Shown in pieces: positions 10,734 to 20,274 of a DNA stretch of 64,000 nt. The translations under genes were made by a program, and so were the position numbers. This DNA is from an uncultured Spirochaetota bacterium (GTDB taxonomy: Bacteria > Spirochaetota > Spirochaetia > SZUA-6 > Fen-1364). How positions within the stretch are numbered: position 1 is the stretch's first letter; each line of letters opens with the position of its first letter. The notes below the pieces were generated by a model. That model was not told the origin of the DNA. It saw nothing but the letters and a program-made list of their open reading frames with translations, and ran no database searches. The stretch covers positions 672,001 to 736,000 of the forward strand of contig CAWAHW010000004.1 of NCBI GenBank assembly GCA_963781885.1. Direction: 5' to 3'.

Positions 10734-11060
10734 TCAGCCGAAATTGCCCCAGAGCATGAGCAGCTTCGAGATCTGATCCGTGTCCACGACGTGCCGGGTC
10801 TTCTTCGTGATGATGCCAAGCTCGCTCTCTTTGAGACGGGAGGTCTGCGGCGGTCTGCCCGCCATGTAGCGCGTGTAGGTGATCCAGGAAAGCCCGGCGC
10901 CGTCCTTGTCGACCTTGTCGATGTAGAAAAGCACGGCGGGCTCCCCGTTCACCTCGTGCAGCCACCACTGGTTGTTCTGGAGTTGAGCGGGCACAATGAT
11001 AGTGTAGCCGGCGGAGGCAGGGTTTTCCAATGACCGCTTCCGGCACGGGCGGCGTGTCAC
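10734..11060 (-). CDS. Hypothetical protein or C-terminal gene remnant
   Basis: Protein-like frame (NNQWWLHEVNGEPAVLFYIDK...) without a clear start or RBS. Confidence 0.4.
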   Translation of the reverse strand: MTRRPCRKRSLENPASAGYTIIVPAQLQNNQWWLHEVNGEPAVLFYIDKVDKDGAGLSWITYTRYMAGRPPQTSRLKESELGIITKKTRHVVDTDQISKLLMLWGNFG

Positions 11061-11109
11061 GCGGCGGTCGGCGTCGCTCCGTGGGCGCGCGGACGACTCG
11101 CTCGCGCCG

Positions 11110-13110
11110 CTACCAGGCAACCTCCGCAAACATGCCCGGGTGATCCGACGGACCCTCGGGGACGTAGCGGGCGTGAAGGACGCGCGCGGCGCGCGTGACG
11201 AATATATGGTCGATGCTGGCGGCCGGATCCGACGCACCGGGTTCCACCGTCCGCTCCTGCGCCGTGACCCACGCGTCGTCCAGGACGGCCGCGGTCTGCC
11301 GGTACTGCTCGGTCGTCGGATCAAAATTGAAGTCGCCCAACGAAATGGCGAGCGGCACGCCGGCGGCCCCCCGCGTGGCAGCGTCGATCACGAGCCGCTG
11401 CTGGGGCAGGGCGCCGTCGTTGTCGAGATGCGTGACAAGGACGCGCAGGAGCCTTCCCCCCGCGTCGACGTCAGCCTCGATGCAGGCGGTCTGCTCGCCG
11501 CGGGACGGCATGAAAAAGGTGCGGGCGTTGCGAATGGGGTGCCGTGAGAGAAGCGCCACCCCGAAGGTGCCGCTTTCGGGCAAAGGACCGTAGTAGGAGT
11601 ACATGCCAAGCCCGTCGGCGAAGAAGCGGACGACGTCCGCGTTGCCCCCCGCAATCCGGGCCGTATCCGACTCCTCCAGGCCGACGATGTCGGGATCGAG
11701 GCGACGGATCACCTCGCGCTGGGCCAGGAAGCTCTCCTGGCCGGTCGCACTGTAGCCCTGCTGGATATTGTACGTGAGGATGCGCAGGCTGCTCTTCAGG
11801 GGCGCCGGTGTCGGCCGCGCGGAAGAAAGCCCCGCAAGGAGGACAGACGCACCGGCAACGACGAGCGCTGCGATGAGCCATCCCGGCCGGCCATCGGACG
11901 CGACGCCCGCAGCGGTCGGCCGCGCGACCAGGAGCAGCGCGAGCGCCGCGAGCACGGCGGGGATGATCGTGACGAGCCAGAACTGGTTGCGGAAAAGGGG
12001 ACCGACGACGGGAATGTAGTCGTAGACCGTGGTGAATATCTGTGCGAAAGACAGGAGGAGCAGGAGCACGGCGCCAAGACCGAAGCCCGTGGCGATCTTC
12101 CGCGGCGAGGGCCGGCCGGAAAACAGAGCGTCCGCCATGAGCGCGAAGTCGGCATAGAGCACCGGGTGGAGCACGAGCATCGCCCAGAACGCAATCCGAG
12201 CCGCGGCGTCCGGCGCGGCGGCATAGAGCGGATACAGGGTCGTCGCGGTGAAATGCGGCTGGCGGAGCAGCAACGCAAGGGCCAGTGAGACGATAAAGAG
12301 AAGGTTCACGCAGAGGAGCACGACGGGCGAAAGGACGCGGCGGAACCCCGGCACGCCGAGCCAGGACCCGAGGAAAAGCGCAAGGGCGCCCGCCTGCACG
12401 GCGACCACCGCCGTGTCGCTCACCTCGCCCCATCGGGCGATCACGGTCGGGCTCGTGAATCCGAAGTACAGCATGATGAGGACGGCACAAAGGCCGACGC
12501 TGAGGCCAAATGTTTTCGCGCCGCCCATACGCGCTGCGCCCGGGTCGGCCTGGGGGACTTCGGGACGCAATTCGCCCGACGTCCCCGCGAAGAGCCGGCC
12601 CAGGAAAAGAACCAGACAGATGCCGGCAAGCGCCGCGGCCAGGATGATGGACCAGCCTTCGACGAAGAGCAGGCTTCCCGCTTGCAGGCTGCGCAGAAGG
12701 ATCGACAGGAGCACCCCGAATCCCAGCGCCGCGCCCTTCAGCGGCGGCTCGTCCGCCGACTGCCGCACGTGGCAGACAAGGAAAATGAGGGCTGCGCCGC
12801 ACCCCACCCCCGCGGCGAGCATGCGCCACCGGGTGGCAAGCGGCAGGCTGACTGCCCACGCCACAAGGGCAAGCGCGGCTGCCGCCGTGGCGAAGACCCG
12901 ACTGTCCATGCCTCGCGGAAAGAGCAGGAGGAGGAAGGGGGAAAGCAGGAAAAGGATGTAGATGATTTCCGGTGGTATATCAGTGCCCAGGAGTCCGAAC
13001 GTGTAGGTGGCTTCGATGAACCCGGTGATCAGGCTGAAGAAAACCATGAAGAACAAGGCGTCACGGATGCAGCTTACGACCGGAGCGTCCATTACCTTTC
13101 TCATTGCCAT
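11110..13110 (-). CDS. Polytopic membrane protein with C-terminal endonuclease/exonuclease/phosphatase domain (Cwh43/PGAP2IP-like)
   Basis: Many TM helices, then TYNIQQG, DIVGLEE, GDFN, IDHIF, SDH EEP motifs. Confidence 0.8.
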   Translation of the reverse strand: MAMRKVMDAPVVSCIRDALFFMVFFSLITGFIEATYTFGLLGTDIPPEIIYILFLLSPFLLLLFPRGMDSRVFATAAAALALVAWAVSLPLATRWRMLAAGVGCGAALIFLVCHVRQSADEPPLKGAALGFGVLLSILLRSLQAGSLLFVEGWSIILAAALAGICLVLFLGRLFAGTSGELRPEVPQADPGAARMGGAKTFGLSVGLCAVLIMLYFGFTSPTVIARWGEVSDTAVVAVQAGALALFLGSWLGVPGFRRVLSPVVLLCVNLLFIVSLALALLLRQPHFTATTLYPLYAAAPDAAARIAFWAMLVLHPVLYADFALMADALFSGRPSPRKIATGFGLGAVLLLLLSFAQIFTTVYDYIPVVGPLFRNQFWLVTIIPAVLAALALLLVARPTAAGVASDGRPGWLIAALVVAGASVLLAGLSSARPTPAPLKSSLRILTYNIQQGYSATGQESFLAQREVIRRLDPDIVGLEESDTARIAGGNADVVRFFADGLGMYSYYGPLPESGTFGVALLSRHPIRNARTFFMPSRGEQTACIEADVDAGGRLLRVLVTHLDNDGALPQQRLVIDAATRGAAGVPLAISLGDFNFDPTTEQYRQTAAVLDDAWVTAQERTVEPGASDPAASIDHIFVTRAARVLHARYVPEGPSDHPGMFAEVAW

Positions 13111-13196
13111 TCCTCCGAATGAGGCATCCTAATGCCTCTGGCGCGCTCTGGCAACGCTCCCTCGCCCTTGACGGCGCGTGAGGGCAGGCTTACGGT

Positions 13197-14000
13197 GTGC
13201 GCGTGACGACCGATTATTTCCCGGGCGATGTATACGCCACCCCGGAGAACGTGCCGCGCGCCAGGAGCGAATACGTCCTCCTCGGTTCACGCTGGAGCGT
13301 CTACTGCCATTTCTTCGCGACGATACTCCGAAGCCGCGCGCGTGCCCTGGCCGGCCTGTATGACGATGAGGCATGGGCGCGCAGCTCGCGGGAGGTCATC
13401 ACCAACCTGGAGCGTTGCAGGGCCCGCCTGCGGATCGAGGGCATGAACCGGGTGCGGGGAACGGACGGCCCTATGGTGTTCGTGTCCAACCACATGAGCA
13501 CGCTGGAGACCCTCGCCCTGCCGGGCCTGATCGTTCCGATGAAACCCGTGACCTACGTCGTGAAGGAGAAGCTCCTGCACGGCTTCTTCTGGGGTCCGAT
13601 CATGCGTTCCCGCGACCCCATCCCCGTGTCCCGCGCCGATCCGCGCGCGGACCTGGAAATCGTCCTGAGAGAGGGCGCTGCCCGACTGGCAGCCGGCATT
13701 TCCGTCATCATATTTCCGCAAGGCACGCGGAAGGACGTCTTCGTGCGGTCCGAGCTCAACAGCCTCGGCGCAAAGCTCGCGGCAAGGGCGGGCGCCCTGC
13801 TCGTTCCCATTGCGGTGAAGACCGACTACTGGGGCTCCAGCGGCATCTTCCGCGGTTTCGGGCCGATTCGCCGCGACAGGCAGATCCACATCGAGTTCGG
13901 CGAGCCCCTGTCGGTCTCCGGGCGCGGCAAGACCGAGCACGAGCAGTGCCTGGACTTCATCGAGTCGCGCCTGCGCACCTGGGGAGCGCCGATCGGCTGA
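13197..14000 (+). CDS. plsC: Lysophospholipid (1-acyl-G3P) acyltransferase, PlsC family
   Basis: SNHMSTLE and IFPQGTR acyltransferase motifs; start may be GTG at 13203. Confidence 0.8.
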   Translation: MRVTTDYFPGDVYATPENVPRARSEYVLLGSRWSVYCHFFATILRSRARALAGLYDDEAWARSSREVITNLERCRARLRIEGMNRVRGTDGPMVFVSNHMSTLETLALPGLIVPMKPVTYVVKEKLLHGFFWGPIMRSRDPIPVSRADPRADLEIVLREGAARLAAGISVIIFPQGTRKDVFVRSELNSLGAKLAARAGALLVPIAVKTDYWGSSGIFRGFGPIRRDRQIHIEFGEPLSVSGRGKTEHEQCLDFIESRLRTWGAPIG

Positions 14001-14009
14001 GATCAGCGT

Positions 14010-15827
14010 ATGGCGAACGAACCCATGAACGGCACAACGACCCCGATAAAGCATCCGCCGCAGAGCGCGCCGATTGCGGGGCTCGTCTGGCTTGGCTGCA
14101 TCCTCCTCACCGTCATCCTGACGGGCTGCCCTCGCTTCTCCGGTTTCTACGTCGCATACCTATCGGTGTCTCTGGCGATCGTCGCTGCGGGTCTGCCGTT
14201 GATGAATGCCGTCTACCGCAAAGGAAAGAGCGCGACCGCACCGGGGCTTCGGAAGCTCACCGGCTATTCCGTCGTTGCGCTGTATATCGGGCATGCGCTT
14301 CCCCGGGTGGGATGGCAGAACGCGGGACTCATCACGGACGGCCGCGCGGCGTTCCTGTACGCGCTCACGCTTCTTTGCACGGCCGCGGGCGTCGCCTTCG
14401 TCGTGCTGATGGCGCGGGACCCGTCGTATCCCCGGCGGGAAAAAGACGCCAGGACAAAAAGACGCGGCATCGTCGCCATCGTTCTCGAGTGGGTGGACGC
14501 GATCGCGTCTGCCGTCATTGCCGTCGTGCTCATCGAGACATTCATCTTCCAGCTCTACCAGGTGCCGACTGAATCCATGGCTCCCCTCTTTCTCGCCGGG
14601 GACCGTCCGTTCACCGTGAAGCTCGTCTTCGGACCCCGCCTGCCCCTGACGGAATGGCGGCTGCCCTTCCTCCGGCAGCCGGCGCGCGGCGACGTGGTGA
14701 CGATCGCCAATCCCCGCTATCCCGAAAACTCCGGGACGAATCTCAAGAAGTATTTCTCCCAGATGGTTTTCATGGCCACGCTCACCCTGGTGAACATCGA
14801 CAGGACCACCGCGGACGGAACGCCCAAGGCGGATCCACTCGTGAAACGCATCGTCGGGGTCCCGGGTGAAAAGCTCATGATGGTGGACGACGTCCTGTAT
14901 GCGCGGACGGCGGCGCAGCCCGCCTACCGTCCCGTCACCGTGGACGTCGAGCGTTTCGCGCAGATCGACCTCTGGAAGCTCCCCCCCGACGTCCGCGACA
15001 AAGTGCAGACCGTTCCCCTGAGCGGGCAGACGAGGGCGGTGCTGGCGAAATGGGACGCGGCGAAGAACAGCGGGGATCCCGGCACCCTGGCCAGCCGGCT
15101 CCGAGAAGACTGGGTGCGGGTTTCCTCCCGCGCGGCAGCCATGCCCGTCGCGGCGCTTGCCGCTTTCGAACAGGGACAGCTTCCCCGCGTGAACCCGGCC
15201 ATTGCGGCGCTCCGCGACGCGGCGCTGCAGTTTGCTCCCGCCGGCGCATCGAATCCCATCTCGCGGACAGGGGCGGAGACGGAGGACCTGGGCCTTGCCC
15301 TTGCCATCGCGCGCTCTCCGACCACGCTCGCCGCCCTGAAGGAGTACGCTCTGGCGGGTCAATCCGGCACAATCGGCCCTACCCTCTACGAGCGCGGCTC
15401 GCACAACCTCAACCTCCTCGTCAAGATGAATCTGCTCGATCGCATCGACCGGGATCTCGCGCTCGTCGGAGGCGGCGCTTCATCTGAGACGATCGCGGCA
15501 GACGCGGAGAGGAGCCGCCTCCTCCGGGAGGCACAAGAGCTCGACGTGTACCTGGTGCGCTATTACGACATGCGGAACTTTCCGGAGTTCCCGGCGGGCG
15601 GCGCATTCCTTGGACCCGACCAGTATTTTGCGATGGGTGACAATCGCTACAACTCACTGGATTTCCGGTTCTCAGAAACAACACGACTCCGACCGCTGGA
15701 TTCCGCAGACCCTTCTTCCATCCTTTACCCGTCCATGCTTGATCCTTTTCCGTTGGAGAAACGGTTCATAGAAGGCTGGGCCGTCTTCAGGGCCTGGCCC
15801 TTTTCGCGGATGGGAGCGATCAGGTAA
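14010..15827 (+). CDS. lepB: Signal peptidase I with extra N-terminal TM helices and a large internal insertion
   Basis: VPTESMAP (Ser), LVKRIVG (Lys), MGDNRYNSLDFR box E. Confidence 0.85.
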   Translation: MANEPMNGTTTPIKHPPQSAPIAGLVWLGCILLTVILTGCPRFSGFYVAYLSVSLAIVAAGLPLMNAVYRKGKSATAPGLRKLTGYSVVALYIGHALPRVGWQNAGLITDGRAAFLYALTLLCTAAGVAFVVLMARDPSYPRREKDARTKRRGIVAIVLEWVDAIASAVIAVVLIETFIFQLYQVPTESMAPLFLAGDRPFTVKLVFGPRLPLTEWRLPFLRQPARGDVVTIANPRYPENSGTNLKKYFSQMVFMATLTLVNIDRTTADGTPKADPLVKRIVGVPGEKLMMVDDVLYARTAAQPAYRPVTVDVERFAQIDLWKLPPDVRDKVQTVPLSGQTRAVLAKWDAAKNSGDPGTLASRLREDWVRVSSRAAAMPVAALAAFEQGQLPRVNPAIAALRDAALQFAPAGASNPISRTGAETEDLGLALAIARSPTTLAALKEYALAGQSGTIGPTLYERGSHNLNLLVKMNLLDRIDRDLALVGGGASSETIAADAERSRLLREAQELDVYLVRYYDMRNFPEFPAGGAFLGPDQYFAMGDNRYNSLDFRFSETTRLRPLDSADPSSILYPSMLDPFPLEKRFIEGWAVFRAWPFSRMGAIR

Positions 15828-15856
15828 GAGCGCGGGCCCTCGCCCGCACCTTCCCC

Positions 15857-16489
15857 TTACAGAGACGGCCGCAGCGCGAGCACGAGGATGCGCACCCCGA
15901 GGCCCGCCACGATGAGGTTTCCGACGATGACGGCCCCCCGGCGGAACCGGGCGGACAGCCTGCCGTGGAAGAGGCTGCCGAAGCCGGCGATGAGCGTCTG
16001 CCACGAGAGCGACGCTGCCGCCGCGCCGAGCACGAATGCAAGCCTGTCGAGGAGAAGAGTGCCGGCGCCCTTCTGCCGGCCCAGGATGAGCGCCGCGAAA
16101 TAGACGACCGTCAGGGGATTCACCAGCGTGATGCCCAGAAACTGGACGTAGGTCGAAAGGGCTCCGCCCGCGCGCACGGGGCTGCCGGTGTCCTCCGCGG
16201 GCTTTTGCCGGATGCCCCGTATGATGCCGAAGGCGGCGAGCCCGAGCAGGACCGCTCCCCCGACGACGCGGACGTACACCGAGACCGGCGCAAGGAGAAC
16301 GACAAGCGCCGTCCCTGCGACGCTCGCCGCCGTGGCATAGATGAGATCCGCGGTCGCGGCTCCCGCGCCGGCGGCGAAGCCCTTGCGGAAACCCGACACC
16401 ATGCCGGTGGTGACGATGAGAATCGACACGGCACCCACGGGCACCGCGATTCCATAGCCGGCGAGAATACCGTCGATGAGACCCTGCAT
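15857..16489 (-). CDS. LysE family translocator
   Basis: GYGIAVPVGAVS, GAATAD, TLVNPLTVVYF. Confidence 0.85.
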   Translation of the reverse strand: MQGLIDGILAGYGIAVPVGAVSILIVTTGMVSGFRKGFAAGAGAATADLIYATAASVAGTALVVLLAPVSVYVRVVGGAVLLGLAAFGIIRGIRQKPAEDTGSPVRAGGALSTYVQFLGITLVNPLTVVYFAALILGRQKGAGTLLLDRLAFVLGAAAASLSWQTLIAGFGSLFHGRLSARFRRGAVIVGNLIVAGLGVRILVLALRPSL

Positions 16490-16695
16490 GCACCATCGTA
16501 GCTTGGCCCGCCGATGCGGGACAAGGCAGGCCGCGGTTTCGGCATATGACCGGCGGCCATGCCCTGTCATCGATCTTCGACACCGCGGCCCGCGTTTCGC
16601 GGACAGCCCCCCTGGCCCGCGCGCTCGTACGTTGGCAGCATCGGGGAAATGCGCACATTCGATCCCGCGTGACGGGTCCCCGGAGGGAGGTGTCC

Positions 16696-18540
16696 ATGAA
16701 AAAAACACAGCTCGCCGCCGGAGCCGCGGCGCTTGTCGTGCTGCTCCTTGGCTGCCAGACGGCAAAGCCCGCACTGGTCACTCCCGCGCCCAGCTCGATC
16801 GAAGCCGGATCGGCCGGCTTCTCTCCCAAGGGGGGCCCGGACCACGATTCGATACAGCTTGCCCTGCAATTCGGCAACCCGGAGACTGTTGCATCCTGGA
16901 AAGTGGCCCTCGGCACGGGCGGGACGCCGCAGAAGAGCTGGTCGGGCGACGCGAAGTATCTTCCGTCGAGCCTCACGTGGGACGGCACGACGGACGCGGG
17001 TACCGCTGCACCCGAAGGGAGCTATGTCGCCTCCCTTTCCATCACATACGCAAAAACCTATGAGCCGCAGTCGGTGGAAAGCAAAAGCTTCATACTCGAC
17101 GTCACCCCGCCGACGGGAAGCATCGCCCTCGATCCGCCCCAGTTCACCGTCACCGGCAGCGGTGTGCAGGCGCCCGTGCAGGTGAAGCTTTCCGCGACCT
17201 CCTCACTGGCGCAGATAAAGACGTGGTCACTCGACATCTATGACACGGCAGGCGCGCGTCTCCGGAGCTGGAACGGCACCTGGCCGGATTCCTCCGTCGC
17301 ATGGGACGGCACGTCGTCCAGCGGCTCATTCGTCGTGCCGACGCTCACCTATACGGCCGTCGCCACGGTGCGGGACGAGTTCGGCAATTCGGCGATCGTG
17401 AAAGCACAGGTTCCCGTGACGGCGGCGATCGTGGCCGCCGCAGCCCCGCCCGTCGCTCCGCCGGTGCCGGTCGTCCCGCTGCGGCCCGGTGCAAGCGCCG
17501 TGACGCCGCTTGCGGCCGGCTTCTCACCGCTCAGCCAGACCATGCCGCGCACCCTGGGCCTGTCGCTCGCCGTCGCCAACAAGGATTCCCTGAAGTCATG
17601 GCGTCTCACCCTCGCCCATGCATCGCACGGCGTACAGAGGACATGGTCAGGTGATGCAACCTCCCTGCCCGCCAGCGTGAGCTGGGACGGGGCGACCGAC
17701 ACGGGCGATCCAGCCCCCGAAGGCTCGTACACGGCCACCCTTGCCACCGACTATGGCAACGCGTTTGCCCCGGCTTCCGTCACGAGCGCGGCATTCATCC
17801 TCGACAGGACCCCGCCCGACGGGTCCCTCGCGCTGTCGACCGCCCTCTTCTCACCGATCGCCCCGACGGACACCATGACGCTCACCGTCGACGCGCGCTC
17901 GCCGACTGCGGGCATTGCGAGCTGGTCTTTGGACATCAATGACCCGGCGGGAAACCTGTTCAGGACTTTCAAGGGAAAGTGGCCGTCGAACACGGTGATC
18001 TGGGATGGAAAAGGTGCCGCGGGAGAGATGGTGCAGTCGGCGGAGGACTACCCCGTCGTTGCAACGGTCGTTGACCAGTTCGGCAATGCCGGGGTCCTGA
18101 AGACGACCGTGCCCATCGACATACTCGTGGAGAAGACGGCGACAGGCTACCGGATTCTGGCGTCCCGCATCTGGTTCAAGGCATACACGGCGGACTACGC
18201 GGACGTGGCCGCTTCTCTAGCAAAGCAGAACGCCGACAGGCTCGACGCTCTTGCAGCGAAGCTTGCGAAGTTCCCCGGGTACAAGATCAGGATCGTCGGC
18301 CATGCCGTGATGATCAACTGGAACGATCCCGTGCGCGGCAAGGCGGAGCAGGAACAGATCCTCATCCCGCTGTCGAAGGCGCGCGCGGACGCGGTCATGC
18401 AGGCGCTCGTGCAGCGCGGTCTCGACGCCGCACGATTCAGCACGGAAGGGGTCGGCGCCTCCGACCAGCTCGTGCCCGACAGCGACTACCGCGACCAATG
18501 GCAGAACAGGAGAGTCGCGCTCTTCCTGGACAAGGAATAA
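16696..18540 (+). CDS. OmpA-family lipoprotein with repeated FlgD/Ig-like domains
   Basis: GGAGG RBS, LLLGC lipobox, repeated WDG...PEGSY / D.TPP modules, C-terminal LSKARADAV...QNRRV. Confidence 0.85.
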   Translation: MKKTQLAAGAAALVVLLLGCQTAKPALVTPAPSSIEAGSAGFSPKGGPDHDSIQLALQFGNPETVASWKVALGTGGTPQKSWSGDAKYLPSSLTWDGTTDAGTAAPEGSYVASLSITYAKTYEPQSVESKSFILDVTPPTGSIALDPPQFTVTGSGVQAPVQVKLSATSSLAQIKTWSLDIYDTAGARLRSWNGTWPDSSVAWDGTSSSGSFVVPTLTYTAVATVRDEFGNSAIVKAQVPVTAAIVAAAAPPVAPPVPVVPLRPGASAVTPLAAGFSPLSQTMPRTLGLSLAVANKDSLKSWRLTLAHASHGVQRTWSGDATSLPASVSWDGATDTGDPAPEGSYTATLATDYGNAFAPASVTSAAFILDRTPPDGSLALSTALFSPIAPTDTMTLTVDARSPTAGIASWSLDINDPAGNLFRTFKGKWPSNTVIWDGKGAAGEMVQSAEDYPVVATVVDQFGNAGVLKTTVPIDILVEKTATGYRILASRIWFKAYTADYADVAASLAKQNADRLDALAAKLAKFPGYKIRIVGHAVMINWNDPVRGKAEQEQILIPLSKARADAVMQALVQRGLDAARFSTEGVGASDQLVPDSDYRDQWQNRRVALFLDKE

Positions 18541-18562
18541 CAAAGAGTTTTGCTCCTCCTTT

Positions 18563-18604
18563 CGACTCACCCGCCGGCGTTGCCGGACGGGTGAGTCTTT
18601 TTTT
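18563..18604 (+). terminator. Rho-independent terminator
   Basis: gactcacccg...cgggtgagtc stem followed by a T run. Confidence 0.8.
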
Positions 18605-18614
18605 GTCGGACAGC

Positions 18615-18643
18615 TTGACGCGCCCGCCACAAATCGTTAACTT
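18615..18643 (+). promoter_or_regulatory. trp operon sigma70-type promoter
   Basis: TTGACG-17 bp-TAACTT, 7 nt before the leader ATG. Confidence 0.6.
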
Positions 18644-18650
18644 CCCCGAC

Positions 18651-18716
18651 ATGGTGATGGGAAATACCCGCACAGCAAACTCGATCTCATGCGCGTGGTG
18701 GTGGTTCTGGATGTAG
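18651..18716 (+). CDS. trpL: Trp leader peptide MVMGNTRTANSISCAWWWFWM
   Basis: Four Trp codons (WWWFW) in a 21-aa ORF immediately upstream of the attenuator and trpE. Confidence 0.85.
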   Translation: MVMGNTRTANSISCAWWWFWM

Positions 18717-18836
18717 CCAGGACCAGGTCCGCGTAGCGCGGACCGACACGCAGGTTCTGGCGACAATCGCCAGGCCCTGCGACTTTGTGGAAAAGCCGTG
18801 GCGCCTGTACAACAGGTTCCGCGGCTTTTTCATTTT
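18702..18836 (+). promoter_or_regulatory. Ribosome-mediated transcription attenuator
   Basis: Mutually exclusive hairpins ending in terminator aaagccgtggcgcctgt...acaggttccgcggcttttt (18792-18830). Confidence 0.85.
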
Positions 18837-18858
18837 CCGGGCATGCAAGGAGGTTTCC

Positions 18859-20272
18859 GTGGCAACGGTGATGGAAAAGGCAGACGTGACGATCAGGACG
18901 ATCAACGGGGAGCGCTTCACCCCGCTCGCCCTCGCGAAAAAGCTGGGCGCGCGCGTGCTCCTGGAGAGCGCCTCCTTCCAGCGGGGGCGCGAGCGCTATT
19001 CCTTCCTGCTCCTGAAGGAGGCGTTCCGCATCTTCCAGAAAGGGGACGATTTCTTCATGACGCGCGACGGCGTCACCCTGTCGGTGAAGACCCAGGCCCG
19101 GGACATCCTCGACGTGCTGGCGCATTTCAGCCGGCAGCACGACGGGCACGCGGCGCCCTTCCCGCTGCCCACCGGGGGCATCGGCTATCTTTCGTACGGA
19201 TACTGCGCGCGATTCGACACGATCCGGCTCCGCGACCGCAAGGACCCGATGGGGTTGCCCGATGCGCTTTTCCTCTTCGGCAGCGTCTTCCTCGTCTTCG
19301 ATCACTACACGGACACGATCTCCATCGTCGCGGTGAGCTATCGCGAAAAGGAGATCGACGGGCAGAGGGAGATCGACGAGACCGAGCATCGGATCAACGA
19401 CATGGACTTCAACTTCATGGCAGCGGCGCGCACCGACTGGAAAGTCGAAAGGATGGAACAGCCCGACGACCGGGCGGAGTACCTGCGCGGCGTCGAGGCG
19501 GTGCGGGAGGAGATCCGCAAGGGCAATCTCCTCCAGGGCGTGCTTTCCCGCCGTGTGCAGGTGCGCACGGACATGCCGGGCAATCGAGGCATACCGATCG
19601 CTGCGGTCGCTCAATCCCTCCCCGTACATGTTCTTCCTCGATTTTGGCGATTTCCAGCTCTTCGGCGCCTCACCCGAGGTGCACGTGAAGGCACGGGACG
19701 GTCGGGCCGTGATCCGGCCGCTCGCCGGCACGCGGCGCCGCGGGGCAAACGCCGCAGAGGATGCAGCGCTGGAAAAGGACCTTCTCGCCGATCCGAAGGA
19801 GCGCGCCGAGCACCTCATGCTCGTCGATCTCGCGCGGAATGACCTCGGGAGGGTGTGCGCCCCGGGGAGCGTCGAGGTGAGCGAGCTCATGGAGGTCGAG
19901 CGCTATTCCCACGTCATGCACATCGTCTCCACCGTGGAAGGGAAGCTCGCGGAGGGAATGACGGGCCGTGAGGCGCTGCGCGCGACGTTCCCGGCCGGCA
20001 CCGTTTCGGGCGCGCCGAAGATCAGGGCCATCGAGGTGATCGATGCGCTGGAAAGCACCGCGCGGGGATTCTACGCCGGCGTCGTGGTCCACGTGGAATC
20101 CGACGGATCGCTGGATTCCTGCATCACCATCAGGAGCGCGGTGAAGCAGGGCGACGTCGTGACGCTCCAGGCAGGCGCCGGCATCGTCTACGACTCGGTG
20201 CCGGATCGGGAGTATGAGGAAACCGAGGCAAAGCTGGCGGCGCTCGCGCGCGCGCTGGGAATGGGGGCATAG
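18859..20272 (+). CDS. trpE: Anthranilate synthase component I (one frameshift at ~19578)
   Basis: LLESA, NPSPYMF, GASPE, KERAEHLMLVDLARNDLGRV, GTVSGAPK; AAGGAGG RBS. Confidence 0.92.
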
Positions 20273-20274
20273 CC

